From Heterodontus francisci (Eukaryota): 64,000 nucleotides of DNA. Shown here one piece after another: positions 1 through 13,173 of the stretch. Position 1 is the first letter of the stretch. Each line of letters starts with the position of its first letter. Made by a program: the position numbers and the translations under genes. The notes under the pieces were generated by a model. It worked only from the letters and a program-made list of their open reading frames with translations, made no database searches and had not been told where the DNA came from. The stretch covers positions 20,072,151 to 20,136,150 of the forward strand of contig NC_090413.1 in assembly GCF_036365525.1 (NCBI RefSeq), written 5' to 3'.

Positions 1-230
1 CAAATTTAGCAACCATACCTTCGGTCCCTTTATCTAAGTCATTTATATAAATTGTAAAAATTTGAGGCCCCAGCACAGATCCCTGTGGCACACTACTTGT
101 CGCATCTCGCCAACCAGAAAATGACCCATTTATGCTTACTCTCTGTTTCCTGTTAGCTAACCAATCTTCTTTCCATGCCGATATGTTACCCCCTAATACC
201 ATGAGATTTTATTTTCTGCAATAACCTTTG
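1..230 (-). mobile_element. CR1 LINE reverse transcriptase fragment
   Basis: Minus strand reads GTGCCACAGGGATCTGTGCTGGGGCCTC (VPQGSVLGP, the CR1 RT motif), followed by an INDL-like stretch. Confidence 0.8.
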
Positions 231-2839
231 AGCTGAGCCAAGGGGGAGCCTGGAGGGAAGTTTGACTGGGTGGCTAAGGGTGGGTGGGGAGTGCATGTGG
301 GAGGGGGTAAGTAGAGGCAGCTGACCAAATGTTCTCAATCTGTGTGGAAAAGAAGTCCATGAGCTCCTCGCGCTTGTTGGTGAGGACTGAGTGTGTATTA
401 GTTACAGTACACTAAGTGTAAAGGTGTCACTCTAAATAACTCATACAATGATGTGATGACTCAGCGGAGTACAACTTCCAAATAAATACAAGGTATTTAC
501 TTGGTTCCAGTGTTTAATTTCTGAGCAGTGGCTGACCCTGAAATCCAGTACCTTATCGGTGGCTTTGTCTTTCATTGAGAGCTGTAATCACAGTTCAGTT
601 GAATAATGAGGTGACTGTTGTAACTTTGGTTGTTCAACTATATTGCCCCATAACTTAAGAAGTTTTTGCTTTCAAAGAGTTTAAATATTTACTTTTAACT
701 GGGGTTTGAATGCTTGACAGATGCCAACAAGGCCTCTGTCTCATCCTGTTCAGTCACTGATGGATTGTCTTCCAATTACTAAAGTTGTTAACAACACTTA
801 CAGTAAACATTTACTTTTAAGATATTGTTCATGGATTCATGTGTCGCTCAGTGCCGCTCCTTTCCTCCCCTCCTCAGCCTAACACTGATTGGAACTGAGA
901 TCCCACACAGCATTCTAGTCCAGAATCTTATCTAAAAACTTCATGTTCCCGATTGGCGCATTGTGATGCTGGTCCTGAGTACAGTGCATTAATCTTAAAA
1001 GGGCAGATAAGCATTGCAGTTTGCTAGCCTGACTTCATCGGAACTCAATCACTGAAGCCTCGAACTGTGTTTATATAGTGGAATCTTCAGGAATCAGTAC
1101 AAGCTCAGGTGGGCTTTGACCAGTTTGCGCTGGAGCATAAGGTAAGAGCTCTGATCTCTATAGATTCAGCAAGTTTTTTGAAAATTCATTTGTGTTGTTA
1201 TAGGCGTTTCTGCCAAGACCTGCAATGATTACCCATCCCGGGTTATCCTTAAGAAGGTGGTGGTGAGCCTTCTTCTTGAACTGCTGCAGTCCCCGTGGTG
1301 AACGTGATACTGCAGTCCTGTTAACTAGGGAGTTCCAGCATTTTGACCCAGCTACGGTGAAAGAATGATGCATTTACAAGTCCTGCTGGACATGTACGAA
1401 GGCTCAGTCCAGATAGAGCCAGAACTAATAGCATGCTAACAGTTAAAGCATCAATGCCTGAGGACTATAGACCAAGAAGCTCCCCAGATCTGTGCTGAGT
1501 TACCTGACTTCAGCACCATATTTGGTTACCGATCCCTTGTGTTGGAACAGGGAACCACACAAAGGCTACCTATTCCTGACTGCTATCCTGTGACTCCCAC
1601 TGGGAGAATACGTAAGCACATTTATTGGGTGAGAACAGTGTTGGGCTTGTCTGTGATGCCCCTGCAGCAGAATGGCCTGCCAGCACTTAATACGATGAGA
1701 GTTAATGCCTTCAGCAGAGGAGGGACAAAGACTGGAGGAGGAAAAAAGCACTGCACAATGGAGCTTAGCATGCCAGCTCATTGCTGTGGGACATAATGAA
1801 CTATCAGCCCAAGGCCTTCGTTGCACCTGCCTTGCTTTAACCTATATACATTTTTCATTTCCTTGTGCGACAACATGAGCAGAACGACATAATTTTACTG
1901 CTTATTTTGATTGAAGAGTTTTACCACACCATTTTATCATGAAGTGTCATGGAACGTTAAAGATTCTATATAAATGCAAGTTGTTGTCAATATGTAGAAG
2001 TAATTTGAAACAATGAACCCTCTATGTTAAGCTACGATTTGAACGTCAGGCAAAGAAAGAAAGACTTGCATTTCTATAGCAACTTTCACGACCTCAGGAC
2101 GTCCCAAAGTGCTTTACAGCCAAGGAGGTACTTTTGAAGTGTAGTCACTGTTGTAATGTAGGAAACGTGACAGCCAATTTATGCACAGCAAGCTCCCATA
2201 AACAGTAATTTGATAATGACTGGATAATCTGTTTTTGTGATATCGGTTGTACAAAGAGTAAATACCTAACTTTTATTGTTAGAGAAACAATTCCTAGAAA
2301 TAATTTTCATTTTACTCACTTTATTTACATAAACTCTACTCGTACAGAACCACCCCCCTCGCCCTTCCCCCACCATAGATGCGCCAGAAGGTGTACTGCA
2401 GCAACTCACTAAGGTTACTTCAACAGCACCTCCCAGCCCTGCTACCTCTCCCACCAAGAAGGATGAGGACAGCAATGTCACAGGAACGCCATCAGCTCCA
2501 AGTCACCCACGCACCCTGACTTGGACGCACATCAGTATTCCTTCATGGGCACCGGGTCCAATTCCTGGAATTCCCTTCTTAACACCATCGTGGTAGCACC
2601 ATCACCACTTGGACCAGTTTCAGGAGTAGGCCCATCACCACCTTCTCAGGACAGCGAAGGACAGACAATAAAGATACAGCTTTGTAAGCACTGTCCACAT
2701 TCCAGAAACAAATACATATATATTTAAAAAATCTATCAGGAAGGCTGCAGAAGACAAAGCTCTCTTGTTTCAGATATGTTATTCCCTCCATAGTGCAATT
2801 TCAGTATTATCTGCACTATCTTGGCCGGGTTAAGCACTG

Positions 2840-3236
2840 CCTCAATTTAAATATTCTCAATCTTGTTTTCAAATCCCACCATGACCTCACCTATCTCTGT
2901 GATCTTCTCCAGCCCCACACCCTCTGAAATATCTGCGCTCCTCTAACTCTAGCCTCTTGTGCATCCCCGATTTTAATTGCTCCACCGTCAGTGTCTGTGC
3001 CTTCAGTTGCCCAGGCCCCAGGTTCTGGCATTCCCTCTCTAAATCTCTCTGCCTCTATATCTCTCTTTCCTCCTTTAAGGTACTCCTTGAAACCCATTTC
3101 TTTGACTAAGCTTTTAGTCATCTGTTTTAATATCTCCTTATGTGGCTTGGTGTGATATTTTGCTTTATAACGCTCCTTTGGAGTGCCTTGGAACGTTTTA
3201 TTTCGTTAAAGATGCTATATAAATGCAAGTTGTTGT
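2840..3236 (+). mobile_element. L2-clade LINE 3' fragment
   Basis: Matches the L2 3' end repeated through the window (FKIL..VFKS..L.P.YL coding remnant; gctatataaatgcaagttgttg tail). Confidence 0.7.
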
Positions 3237-3471
3237 CAATATGTAGAAGTAATTTGAAACAACAAACCCTCTAAGTTAAGCTACGATTTGAACATCTGCA
3301 GATCAACACAGGCAATGGGTCAACCAACAGACAAGTGGGTAAGTTTGTTGTGCGATGGAGTTATTGAATCCACTGTTTCTTCTGTCCCAGTAACAAGCTA
3401 CGAGCAAGTATCTGAAGTATCTGATCAGTAGCTCCAGCACTGTGCGGACCCTGAGTTTCACATAGCCCAAC

Positions 3472-3585
3472 ATGGACAGAAGGAGTGAGAGCCTGGTTCC
3501 TGCCAGAGGTACAGGGGAAAGAATGTCTATCTCAAGCAGAGCAAGAACCAATAGCCTTCATTCACCAAGCAAAGCAATAATTGAG
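3472..3585 (+). CDS. Tctex1-domain gene, putative coding exon 1 (MDRRSES...AIIE, 38 codons)
   Basis: ATG at 3472, open for 114 nt, ends GAG|gtaaaa in phase 0, compatible with the downstream exons. Confidence 0.55.
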
Positions 3586-4279
3586 GTAAAACACAGCACA
3601 GCTGCTCATTTATAAGTTATTAATTTTTCTTTTGTTTCCCTGACATTTCCTCATGGCCTGAATCTTCAGCTGCTCCCAGGTTGGTGTTCATCCCACTTTG
3701 GCAACCAAGAGGTTGAGAAGAGCTGTTTCAGGATGAAGTTCCCTAAAAGGGTTGTTCGCACCATCCTAGTGTGGTAGATACTTAAAATCATTGAATCATC
3801 CAACACAGAAGGCAGCCATTCGGCCCAGCTCTTTGAAAGAGTTATCCAATTAGTCCCACTCCCCTGCCCTTTTCCCATACCCTGCAAAGTTTTCCTTTTC
3901 ACGTCCATAGCTACCATTGAAAGCTACTATTAAATCTGCCTCGACCACCCTTTCAGGCAGTGCATTTCAGATCAGAAAATTCACATTAAAAAAAATATCA
4001 ATTCTTTGTTTCATTTGCCAATGATCCTAAATTTGTGTCGAATGGAAACAGTTTCTCCTTAATCTACCAAAACCTTTCATAATCAACATTATATCATTGA
4101 CTTTTACAACAGGCCTCTTTAGAGACTCAAACACTCCCACTTAGAAAGGGGTCTAGTGAGAGACTCTCTCACTCCCTCCTTGAACAGGGTCTGGTTAGAG
4201 ACTTCAACCTTGGCCTAGGCCATTCCTCCCTTAATCACAGGCTGAAATTAATTCTTTAACTCCCTCCAATCTTTTTCAG

Positions 4280-4393
4280 CTTGGAGCAGTGAAAGGGAGA
4301 GCTTCACTGGGGAATATTTTAAGTGAGGCACATCGTCCCTCCTTCACCTTCAGTGGGATTCTCGTTGCCAGGAGACTGACGAAGAATTTGAAG
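4280..4393 (+). CDS. Tctex1-domain gene, putative exon 2 (LGAVKG...RRLTKNLK)
   Basis: ctttttcag| acceptor, 114 nt open, AAG|gtgatt donor, phase 0-0. Confidence 0.6.
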
Positions 4394-4481
4394 GTGATTG
4401 AAAATGCACATTTGATGTTGAAGAATTCCAAATTCTCCATCAAACCCAAGGAACTAATCTTCTTTGTTTTCACATTGGAAG

Positions 4482-4544
4482 GAAAGAACAGCTTTGAAGC
4501 TAGCTGCAAAGATACCAGCTGTCACCAAGATTATAAATGAACAG
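4482..4544 (+). CDS. Tctex1-domain gene, putative exon 3 (ERTALKLAAKIPAVTKIINEQ)
   Basis: 88-bp preceding intron with ctaat branch point, pyrimidine tract and ag; CAG|gtctgt donor; phase 0-0. Confidence 0.55.
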
Positions 4545-4631
4545 GTCTGTAATGTTCTCACTCTCAGTAGGAGTGCTAGAAATCCTCTCCCTCCTCTGTC
4601 ATTGCTGTTACATTAACCATTGTCAGGAGGG

Positions 4632-4993
4632 TAGGGTTGCCAGCTCTGGTTAAATGTATTCCTTTTATCACATGACCTTCTGCCTCCAACTGCCCCGCCC
4701 CCAGGTTCTTGCCATTGGTTGGCCAACACATCCATACTAACAGTGCCCCGCCTCCCCAAGCCAATTGGAAAGCAACAAGACTCTTTGCCACCTGATTGGA
4801 TGTTTCTTAATCAGTCAAATAGCCTTTTTTTCCCATCTCAATTTTTATAACTAATAAGCAGAGTGTTAAATGAAGTGAAAAAAGCGCACTATGTTCTTTT
4901 TAATTCCCCTATAATTTTCTCCAATGGTTGCTCAGGAGAATACTCTTTAACTCCTAGACACTCCAGGCCAATTCTGGACTGTTGGCAATCCTA
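4632..4993. mobile_element. hAT-type MITE (Blackjack-like termini)
   Basis: Terminal inverted repeats TAGGGTTGCCA...TGGCAATCCTA; flanking 8-mers caggaggg/caggatgt (6/8) fit a decayed 8-bp hAT TSD. Confidence 0.65.
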
Positions 4994-6042
4994 CAGGATG
5001 TGCAGGCCCTGGAATGTGATAGCTCTTCCTATGAGCACCTCTCCCTCTCTGGGAGAAGCATCAAGCCTCTAAGTGCCAACAGCATAGCTGGCACCAAGCA
5101 GTCCAATGGCCACGTTGAGAAGCATGGGTGTGAACTCATTGCTGTTGCTCGTTGAAAAGAAAGAAAGCTGGAGTTTTATATAGTGCCTTTCACAACACCA
5201 AAACACATTACAGCTAATTATGAAGTGTTGTCATTAGAAACGTGGCATCCAATTTGCGCACAGCAAGACCCCACAAACGACAATGAGATAATAACCAGAT
5301 GATCTATCTTTTAGGTGGCGGTTGAGTGATAAATATTGTCTGGGATACCAGAGACAGCTCCCCTGTTTGTCCTCAAAATCCACCCGAACAGGTCCTCGGT
5401 TTCCTAACAGTGCAGCACTCCCTCATTACCGCTCAAGTCTCTGTTTGTGGCACTGGTAAACATAGCTTGCTGACTCAGAGGTGACAGTGCTACCCACTGA
5501 GCTACGGCTGACGCAGGATGTCAGAATGAAAATAGTGCGCAGATAGGGGACACTCTCTGAGGTTGGGAGTCTGAGTATACAGGGTTTACACCGCACCTAA
5601 CCCGTGCTATAAGTCTACCCTGGAACTGCTTGATGTTGACACAGGAAGGAGAATGGGGCAAAGTGAAATTATTCGATCACTGAGAATGACCATCCCTCAC
5701 CTGGGTAAGCAAAAAATAAAAAGTCAATAGGAACACGAGTTGACCATTCGGCCCCTCCAGCCTGTTCCGCCATTCATTTAGATCATGGATGATATTTACC
5801 TCAATTCTATTTCTCCACCTTTGCTCATATTCCTTACCCAACAAAAATCTATTGATCTCAGTCTTGAAGGCTCCAATTGTACCCCCCCCCCCCGTATCCA
5901 CAGCGTTTTGGGGGAATGAGTTCCAGATTTCCATCACCCTTTGTGTGAAAAAGTGCTTCCTGTTACAATATTAATGCAACTAATGATGGAATTGTCTGAA
6001 TGCCGCAGAACGTTACCCCTTGGCTATCTTCTCCATTTTCAG

Positions 6043-6390
6043 GTGCCACCGGTTTCCTCGAATCCCCAACAGAGATTCAGCACCTCCCTTGTACGGGAGT
6101 TCCTGGAGGAATATTTGCCGGGCAAGCTGAGGGGTGTCGCCTACAGTCCTGCTCTCGCTGGTCGACTCTCGAAAGAGATGAGCGACGAAATTAAGGAGTT
6201 TGCGAAGGGGAGGCTGCCGCCCAGATACAAGCTGGTGTGCATCGTGACACTGGGCGAGAGGAGTAGTGAGAATGCTCTGGTGACCAGCAGGGCTCTCTGG
6301 GACTGCTACGCCGACACCTTTGTTTCACACTGTTACGAGAGCGGCACCATGTTCTGTGTGGCCAGCGTCTTTGCCTTGTACCACGAATAA
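6043..6390 (+). CDS. DYNLT4: Dynein light chain Tctex-type, DYNLT4/TCTEX1D4-like; last exon containing the whole Tctex1 domain
   Basis: ccattttcag| acceptor; the translation PPRYKLVCIVTLGE...SRALWD..D.F.S..Y....FCVASVFALYHE* is a Tctex-1 domain. PRYKLVC and SRALWD resemble TCTEX1D4; paralog assignment is tentative. Confidence 0.85.
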   Translation: MPPVSSNPQQRFSTSLVREFLEEYLPGKLRGVAYSPALAGRLSKEMSDEIKEFAKGRLPPRYKLVCIVTLGERSSENALVTSRALWDCYADTFVSHCYESGTMFCVASVFALYHE

Positions 6391-7303
6391 GCAGCTCTTG
6401 GGCTAAAAGGGTTAAATTATGAGGTCTGATTGTATAGATTAAGATTGTACTCTTTTGAGTATAGAAGATTGCTGTGATCTAATTGAGACACTTAAGGGTA
6501 GGTAGAGAGACACTATTTCCTCTGATGGGGAGTCCAGAACAAGGGGGCATAATATTAAAATTAGAGCTAGGCTGTTTAAAAAAAAAAAGCTCTGGAATTC
6601 CCTCCCTAGACCTCTCTGCCTCATTACCTCTCCTCTTTTAAGATGATCTGAAATACCTACGTCTTTGATTAAGCTTTTGGTCATCTTTCCTGATTTCTCC
6701 TTCAATTGCTTGGATGTTGCTAATGTTAAATGCACTATATAAATGTAAGTAGTTGTTCCAAAAAGGCGAGTGGAAATCTGGAAATCTCTCCCCCAAAAAG
6801 GATGAGAATGGCAAGAAGGTGGTGACAGTTGGAAATGTCAAAACCCAAGATTGACAGATTTCTGTTTTAGGCAAGAGTATTAAGGGTTATGGAACCAAGG
6901 TGGGTAAATGGACTTGGGAATCCAGATAAGCCATGATCTAATTGAATGGCAGAAGAGGCTCAAGGGGCTGAATGGCCTCCTCCTGTTCCCCCTCCATTTT
7001 CTGAACTCCTTTGATATCTCACTTGTCATCAAAATGAAAATGAAGCAGTGCAAGTGTTCTGACGAGGGTGCTGAACCGCAGGCTGGAATGGGGGATTGGG
7101 GACGGCAGGGATGGAGGGAGGAGTGGGAGGGAGGAGCTTTCTGCTTCTGATTGCAACCTATCTCATTCCAGGGTTTCTCTCATAATGGGTCAGAAAGCCC
7201 ATTGTATGTAGCGCCAACCCGCGTCTCTGCCTGTCTGAACAAACTTCATTTTGAGCCAGCAGTCAGAGTGCAGTTTGAAAGTTGCGACAGCTCAGTAAAA
7301 AGA

Positions 7304-7950
7304 TCATAGGAAATAGAAGCAGGAGTAGGCCCCTCGAGCCTGCTCTGCCATTCAAACAGATCATGGCTGATCATCTACCTCTACGCTATTTTTCCCCACT
7401 ATCCCCGTAGTCCTTGATATTGTTAGTATTCAGAAATCTATCAATTTCTGTCTTGAACATACTCAACTATTGAGCTTCCACAGCCCTCTGGGGTGGAGAA
7501 TTCCACAGACTCACCACCCTCTGAGTAAAGAAATTCTTCTTCATCTCATTCTTAAATGGCCTGCCCCTTGTTCTGAGACTGTTTCCCCTTGTTTTAGACT
7601 CACCAACCAGACAAAACATCCTATCCACATCTTCCCTGTAATGCCCTGTAAGAATTTTGTAAGTTTCAATGAGATCACCTCTCATTCTTCGAAACTCGAG
7701 CGAATATGGGCCCAGTTTCCTCCACCTCTCCTCTGAAGACAATCCCGCCATCCCAGGGATTAGTCTTGTGAGCCTCCGTTACACTCTCCCTATGGCAAGT
7801 ACATCCTTCCTTAGATAAGGAGACAAAAACTGTACACAATACTCCAGTTGCGGTCTCATCAATGCTTTATACAATTAAAGCTAGACATCTTTACTCCTCT
7901 ACTCGAATCCCCTGGCAATGAAGGCCAACATACCATTTGCCTTCTTAATT
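7304..7950 (-). mobile_element. CR1 LINE 3' fragment
   Basis: ORF 7467-7751 has SLEFRRMRGDLIETYKIL...FFTQRVVSLWNS, the CR1 ORF2 C-terminus, plus the CR1 3' UTR. Confidence 0.9.
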
Positions 7951-9024
7951 CAGTTGGTAGTGGTTGGTGAGTCACATAAATCAGGAAGTTCCTAGGTTCA
8001 ATATTGTGCTGTTAGTTGGAGTTACCCTCGGCATCCTTGGACTAGGATGGGGGATAGTCATCCTGGGTTTTGCTCCAGGGGTTACACCCACCTACATCCT
8101 CACTTTCCCACTCCAGTTGACAATTACATGTCCAGATGTTGAATGAGGGCAAGAATGAGTTTGAGGCACTGTAGACAAACAGTGGGTCTTGGATAGATAG
8201 TTAAAGGAAAGTGGGATAAAGGAATCAAGGTGAACATATGGGGTTAAGACTACTGCTTGCGTTGAGGATAAAAACCTGCATGGTTGGGCCAAATGCCTTG
8301 TTTTTGTGCTTTACTAATTCTATTTCTACGAGCCTCACCATTGTGGCTTACAACTGATAGATGGCATTGGATGGGGGACTTGAGGAAGGCTGGTGTTTGT
8401 GAAACCGTGAAGGAGTTCCTGCCTTCAGGAAATGAAGGGAGAAAATAAGCTTGTTTCATCATGAGAAAAATTACACCACATGGCTGTGGGATGAGTTGTG
8501 ACAATCGGCACAAGCTGAAAGAGATCGTCACTCTCCTGGTTACGATGGCACCCATACTGCGCAGCTCGATCTCGGCAGGGGCCCACGTTAAAAAACCACG
8601 AGCGCTTTCCTACTTCTTGACCTACTCTGAGCCACAGCTCTGGACACAGTCTCTGCGTGTGTGGGCTGGTCTGTTGTGAATGGCTTAGGTCCTGTATGAC
8701 TTCAGTATTGCTGGCGGTCCCCAAACACGAGCCTGAATCAGCAGGCTGCATGGTGTGCAAGCCCAGACATGCTGGGATGTGTTGGCCTGTGACCCTGCAT
8801 TTCCATTGGCCAAGGCAGAATATTGTCAGCCCATATTATGTAGATTGTTCTCACGGCAACAGTTCACACTGGGGTTATTTACAGTCAATCAAATACATCA
8901 CAAAGCATACAGCTTTTACTCAAAATGTCAACAACTTCTGAAGACTGTTAAAGTTACTAATAAAGGAAAAAGAGAGACTTGTATTTCTACAGCATCTTCC
9001 ATGACCTCAGGAAGATTAAGCACT

Positions 9025-9415
9025 TTAGCCAATTAAATACCTTTCAAGTGTAGTCACTCATGTAATGTAGGAAATGCAGCAGCCTATTTGCGCACAGCAA
9101 GCTCCCACAAACAGCAATGTGATAATGACCAGTTAATCTATTTTAGTGATATGGGTTAAGGGATAACATTGGCCAGGATACCGGGGAGAATGCTCCTGCT
9201 CTTCTTCCAGTAGTGCTGAGAGATCTCTTACTTCCATCTGAGAGGGCAGACGGGGGCCTTGGTTTAACTCCTCATCAGAAAGACGGCACCTCCAACAGTA
9301 CAGCATTCCCTCAGTACTGCGTAGACTTTGTGCTTATGTCCCTGGAGTGGAACTTGAGTCCATAAGCTTCTGACGGAGAGGGGAGAGCACCACGCACTAA
9401 GCCATGGCTGAAGCC
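9025..9415 (-). mobile_element. SacSINE1/Deu-domain SINE (related copies near 2055, 5160, 11460, 29750, 55720, 61140)
   Basis: Contains the reverse complement of the gtactgagggagtgctgcactgt core and a ttgctgtttgtgggagcttgctgtgc tail shared with the copy at 15861. Confidence 0.75.
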
Positions 9416-10375
9416 GATGAGAAGTAATGACTGTCAGTGGGAAGGAAGGACAAGTGTCTTTATCAATGGGAAGGGCTTTCACTGAAATAAGGAAGCACCA
9501 GATAAATTAAAGCAATCCAGTGAAATCAGCAGGTCTGTACATCGAAGCTGGCATAGGAGGAAAAACTATCGACACTTGGTTGACGAGGGAGTCAAGGGTA
9601 ATGGGGGGGACGCAGAAAAGTGGAGTTAAGGTCACAATCAGATCAACCATGATCTTATCGAATGGCAGAGCCGGCTCAAAGGGCCAAATGGCCTACTCCT
9701 GCTCCCAGTTCTTATGTTCCAATGAGACCTAGTCTGAAAATGCCAGCTCAGTGAGATGACAGGCAAAAGCACAGGAACCTGATTGGGAACAAACATAAGA
9801 AAACATGAATTTAAAATGTATTTAATCAGTCCTGACATCACTGATAAATGCAGTGTGTAGCAATTTACTGTATAATTGTGGAGGATGGAAATAGATGATT
9901 TTGAAAAAAAAAAGCTAAGTTCCCTTTTATTTTTAATTATTTTTCTCTTCTGCTTTCCCTGGACCGGACACAGGCTGCAACAGGTGGGCAAAGAGAGCGA
10001 CTTCCAGCTATCCAACAGTGCTGACTTGAACTGGCCAGCGAGCCATTCAGGTTCCTGACTCCCCGACTTTCCCCAAGGCCGTTCCAGTGTTTGGGGACCA
10101 AGATTGGGAACTCTGTGGAAAGAGGGCCGCGAGTCTGTCCACCCATTGGCAGCTTAGAGTCTTGCTGACTGAATGAATTCCATCAAATGGGGGTCAATGA
10201 ACAGCAATAAGGCACATCTGTGATTGTCACAAAAGCTCGGTGTTAATGACAAGGCAGTAGAAATGACTGTGGTCCCTTTTACCATCCACTGGCTGAACCC
10301 TGCTGGAGGCCATCAGGTCAGCGGAGCCAGAGCAGTTCTACTATTCAGTTGAGTCTCAAGATACGAACCTTCCAC

Positions 10376-10393
10376 TTAACTGTCTTTGGTGAT
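10376..10393 (-). CDS. IgSF receptor, possible terminal coding exon (ITKDS*)
   Basis: Strong ttcttttccag| acceptor, phase 0, and an AATAAA about 450 nt downstream on the minus strand; too short to verify. Confidence 0.3.
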   Translation of the reverse strand: MTKDS

Positions 10394-11849
10394 CTGGAAA
10401 AGAATTTAAATAGAACAGAGTTTGGGAGTGAATCTGAAAATCGGCTTTCGTCCAACAGAATAAAATGAAACAAAAAAACAGAAGAATACGGCCAAGGCCT
10501 TCTCTCTCAGCCTCACTGGACCTTCCTGGGCCAATATATCCCTCATCTGTACCAACCCCACATGCACCTCATGCCTGCTTAATCAGGACTCCCCCCACCC
10601 CCCCCCCCCCCCTTTTTCACCTGAGTCCACATTCCCTGCATTTTGTGACGGTCCCCAAGTATCAGCTCAGCTCATGTTCAGCTTCAAACGCCAGTTGCAC
10701 ACCCTTCATTCCTGGTTCCATACAAACCCCGCTGAATCTCTCAGAATCTTACAGCTATCTCCTCCATTAATTTTTACACCTCTGGGAGTGGGTTTAGTCT
10801 CCTCAGCTATTCAGCATTCTTTTATGATCTTGCTGATCTCAGGAATACTGATAATATTCCCCATTCAAGGCAGTGAAATTTGACTTGGCAGGAAGGCAAA
10901 AAACAGACATTATCGCATCCTCCGACTATTAACCGCCTGGTCTGATATTCAGTTTGTCCTCAATGGAGTTGAATAGCAGGCGGAGCGCATAATAGGCAGC
11001 GGATGCAATACCATCCACCTTGTGTCCTCGCCCCCAATGGTACTGGCTTCAATAGGAATACAGAATACAGTGCCACAACTTACTCATCCAAGTGGCAATT
11101 CTCCATGTGTAAACCTGGATAGTGATGTGCTATTCGACTGCAGAGGGCATCGCAGCCAAGTCAGTTCTGCCCCTACCTGATGCCCACCCGCACACTTTGC
11201 AGGAAGGGTGACTGGATGGTCATCAGGAGCAAGAACGGTGGCTGATTCCCCCACTCCTGAAGTGAATTCTGGTAGATCTTCGACCATTGTGATTGTGATG
11301 AGACAAGTCAGGACAGAAACTGGGAGGTCCTGGTTTGCTGGGCAGTGCCATATCCACTGAGCCATCAGGAGAAGCCTGTAGAAGTCACCAAGTATGCTTA
11401 CACTCTGAGCTTTCTTATACGGTTGGTTAAATATGTAACTTATCTCATTAAAGGAAAAGAAAGACTTGCATTTATATAGCACCTTTCAGGAACTCAGGCT
11501 GTCTCGAAGTGCTTTGCAGCCAATCAAATGTTTCACTGTTTTAACATAGGGAACTGTGGCAGACAATTTTGCACACAGCAAGCTCCCACAAACAGCAATG
11601 TAATAAGTGACCAGATCATCTGTTTTGGTGATGTTGGTTGAGGGATAAATATTGTCCTGGACATTGGGAGAACTTCCCTGCTCTTCTTCAGAATAGTGCC
11701 ATGGGATTGAACTGATGGAGGTATTTTGAACAAAAAGAACTGTCCCTAGGTGTCATTGCCTTTGATATCTCTGAGTGAGAGGGTTCCACATGAAGGTTTT
11801 TCCAATTCACACTAAATCAACTTTCTTTTTCTGAGAGACTAAACGAGAA

Positions 11850-12340
11850 CTGTGTGCAGTTCTGGTCACCACATTACAGGAAGGGTGTGAACGCACTAGA
11901 GAGGGTACAGACGAGATTTACGAGACTGTTTCTAAGAATGGAGAATTCTAGCTGCGAGGAAAGATTGGGTATGCTGAGGTTGTTTTCTTTGAAACAGAAG
12001 AGGCTGAGGGGAGATTTAATTGAGTTGTATAAAATTGTGAGGGGTCTAGATAGAAAGGACCTACTTCCATTGCAGAGAGGTCAATACCCGGGGGGGTGGG
12101 CATTGATTTAAAATAACTGGTAGAGGGATTATAGGGGAGTTGAGAAGAATTTTTTTCACCCAGAGGGAGGTGGGGGCGTGTGACTTAGTGCCAGAAAGAG
12201 AGGTAGAGACAGAAACCCTCATCGAATTTTAATCATACTTGGATATATACTTGAAGTGCTGTAACCGACAGGGCTACGGACCAAGAGCTGGAAAGTGGGA
12301 TTAGGTTGGATAGCTCTTTCTTAGCTGGCACAAACATGAA
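11850..12340 (+). mobile_element. CR1 LINE 3' fragment
   Basis: ORF 11854-12111: QFWSPHYRK..ALERVQ.RFTR...RLRGDLIE.YKI. Confidence 0.9.
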
Positions 12341-12572
12341 TGGATATCATCTAAGCTTAGGGATGTACCAGTTCTGAGCCTTTTCATCCTCTCAAAGGCT
12401 TCCCATCCCACTTGTATTAAAATTGTTAGGCCTACTTAGGCTACTACTTCTCTATTCCACAATAGGAAGTTCTGTCTGTAATACAACCAGCTGCTCACTT
12501 TAAAGACTTCAGCCCAAGAGGTTGTTCCTTAACCGTATGCTGCTTGCTGCTGTGCATTTCCCCTTGGCTTAC

Positions 12573-12641
12573 CTTTCTCTTGCTTGGCACTGATTTAAAG
12601 CCTTTGGATTTGTGAACATTTTCATAAATGCCATCGCTTGT
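12573..12641 (-). CDS. IgSF receptor cytoplasmic exon 3 (TSDGIYENVHKSKGFKSVPSKRK)
   Basis: ttctttttcag| acceptor, AAG|gtaagc donor, 69 nt, phase 0-0, IYENV motif. Confidence 0.75.
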
Positions 12642-13173
12642 CTGAAAAAGAAATGAGAAGCAGAGGTCAGTGAGATGCTCGGCTTCAGAGTCTAACCGCT
12701 GCTGTGTGTTACAATTCCTTTCAGTCACTCACCCAGGACCCCAGATCACACGGAAGATCAAGACCTCTTCCAGTAGATGCTAAACGTCCCAGGAAAACAC
12801 ACTGCACAACCCAACCCCCCCATTCACTAATCGTCTTTCATACACCCCTCGCTAAAATGTTCCCAATCCACCTCCTCCCACTGAATACCATCCAGAACCA
12901 ACCCACCCACACTCACACCCAAACACTGTCTGCTTTCCACCCACCCCCCAACCAGAATAATGTACCCCTCTACTCCCAATTGAATACTATTCTCACCCCA
13001 ATGTCCATGGACCCCTTGCACACTCTCTCTCCCTGCAGATGATCTACTCCCAGCCTCTGCTGAAGCTGTCTCAAACTGCTCGGAGATGGGAGTAACCTGG
13101 ATCGACACTGTGGTACCCATGGGCAACGCTGCCCCAAGCCTGTGCCTATCAGCTTCTGCCCGCTGTTAGTTAC

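Noticed and set aside
5941-6042. N-terminal part of the 149-aa ORF
   Set aside because: Starts inside a CR1 tail fragment and upstream of a clear splice acceptor at 6042; intronic read-through.
8847-8860. RFX X-box-like GTTCTCACGGCAAC as a regulator of the ciliary Tctex gene
   Set aside because: Imperfect match located downstream of the gene; not distinguishable from chance.
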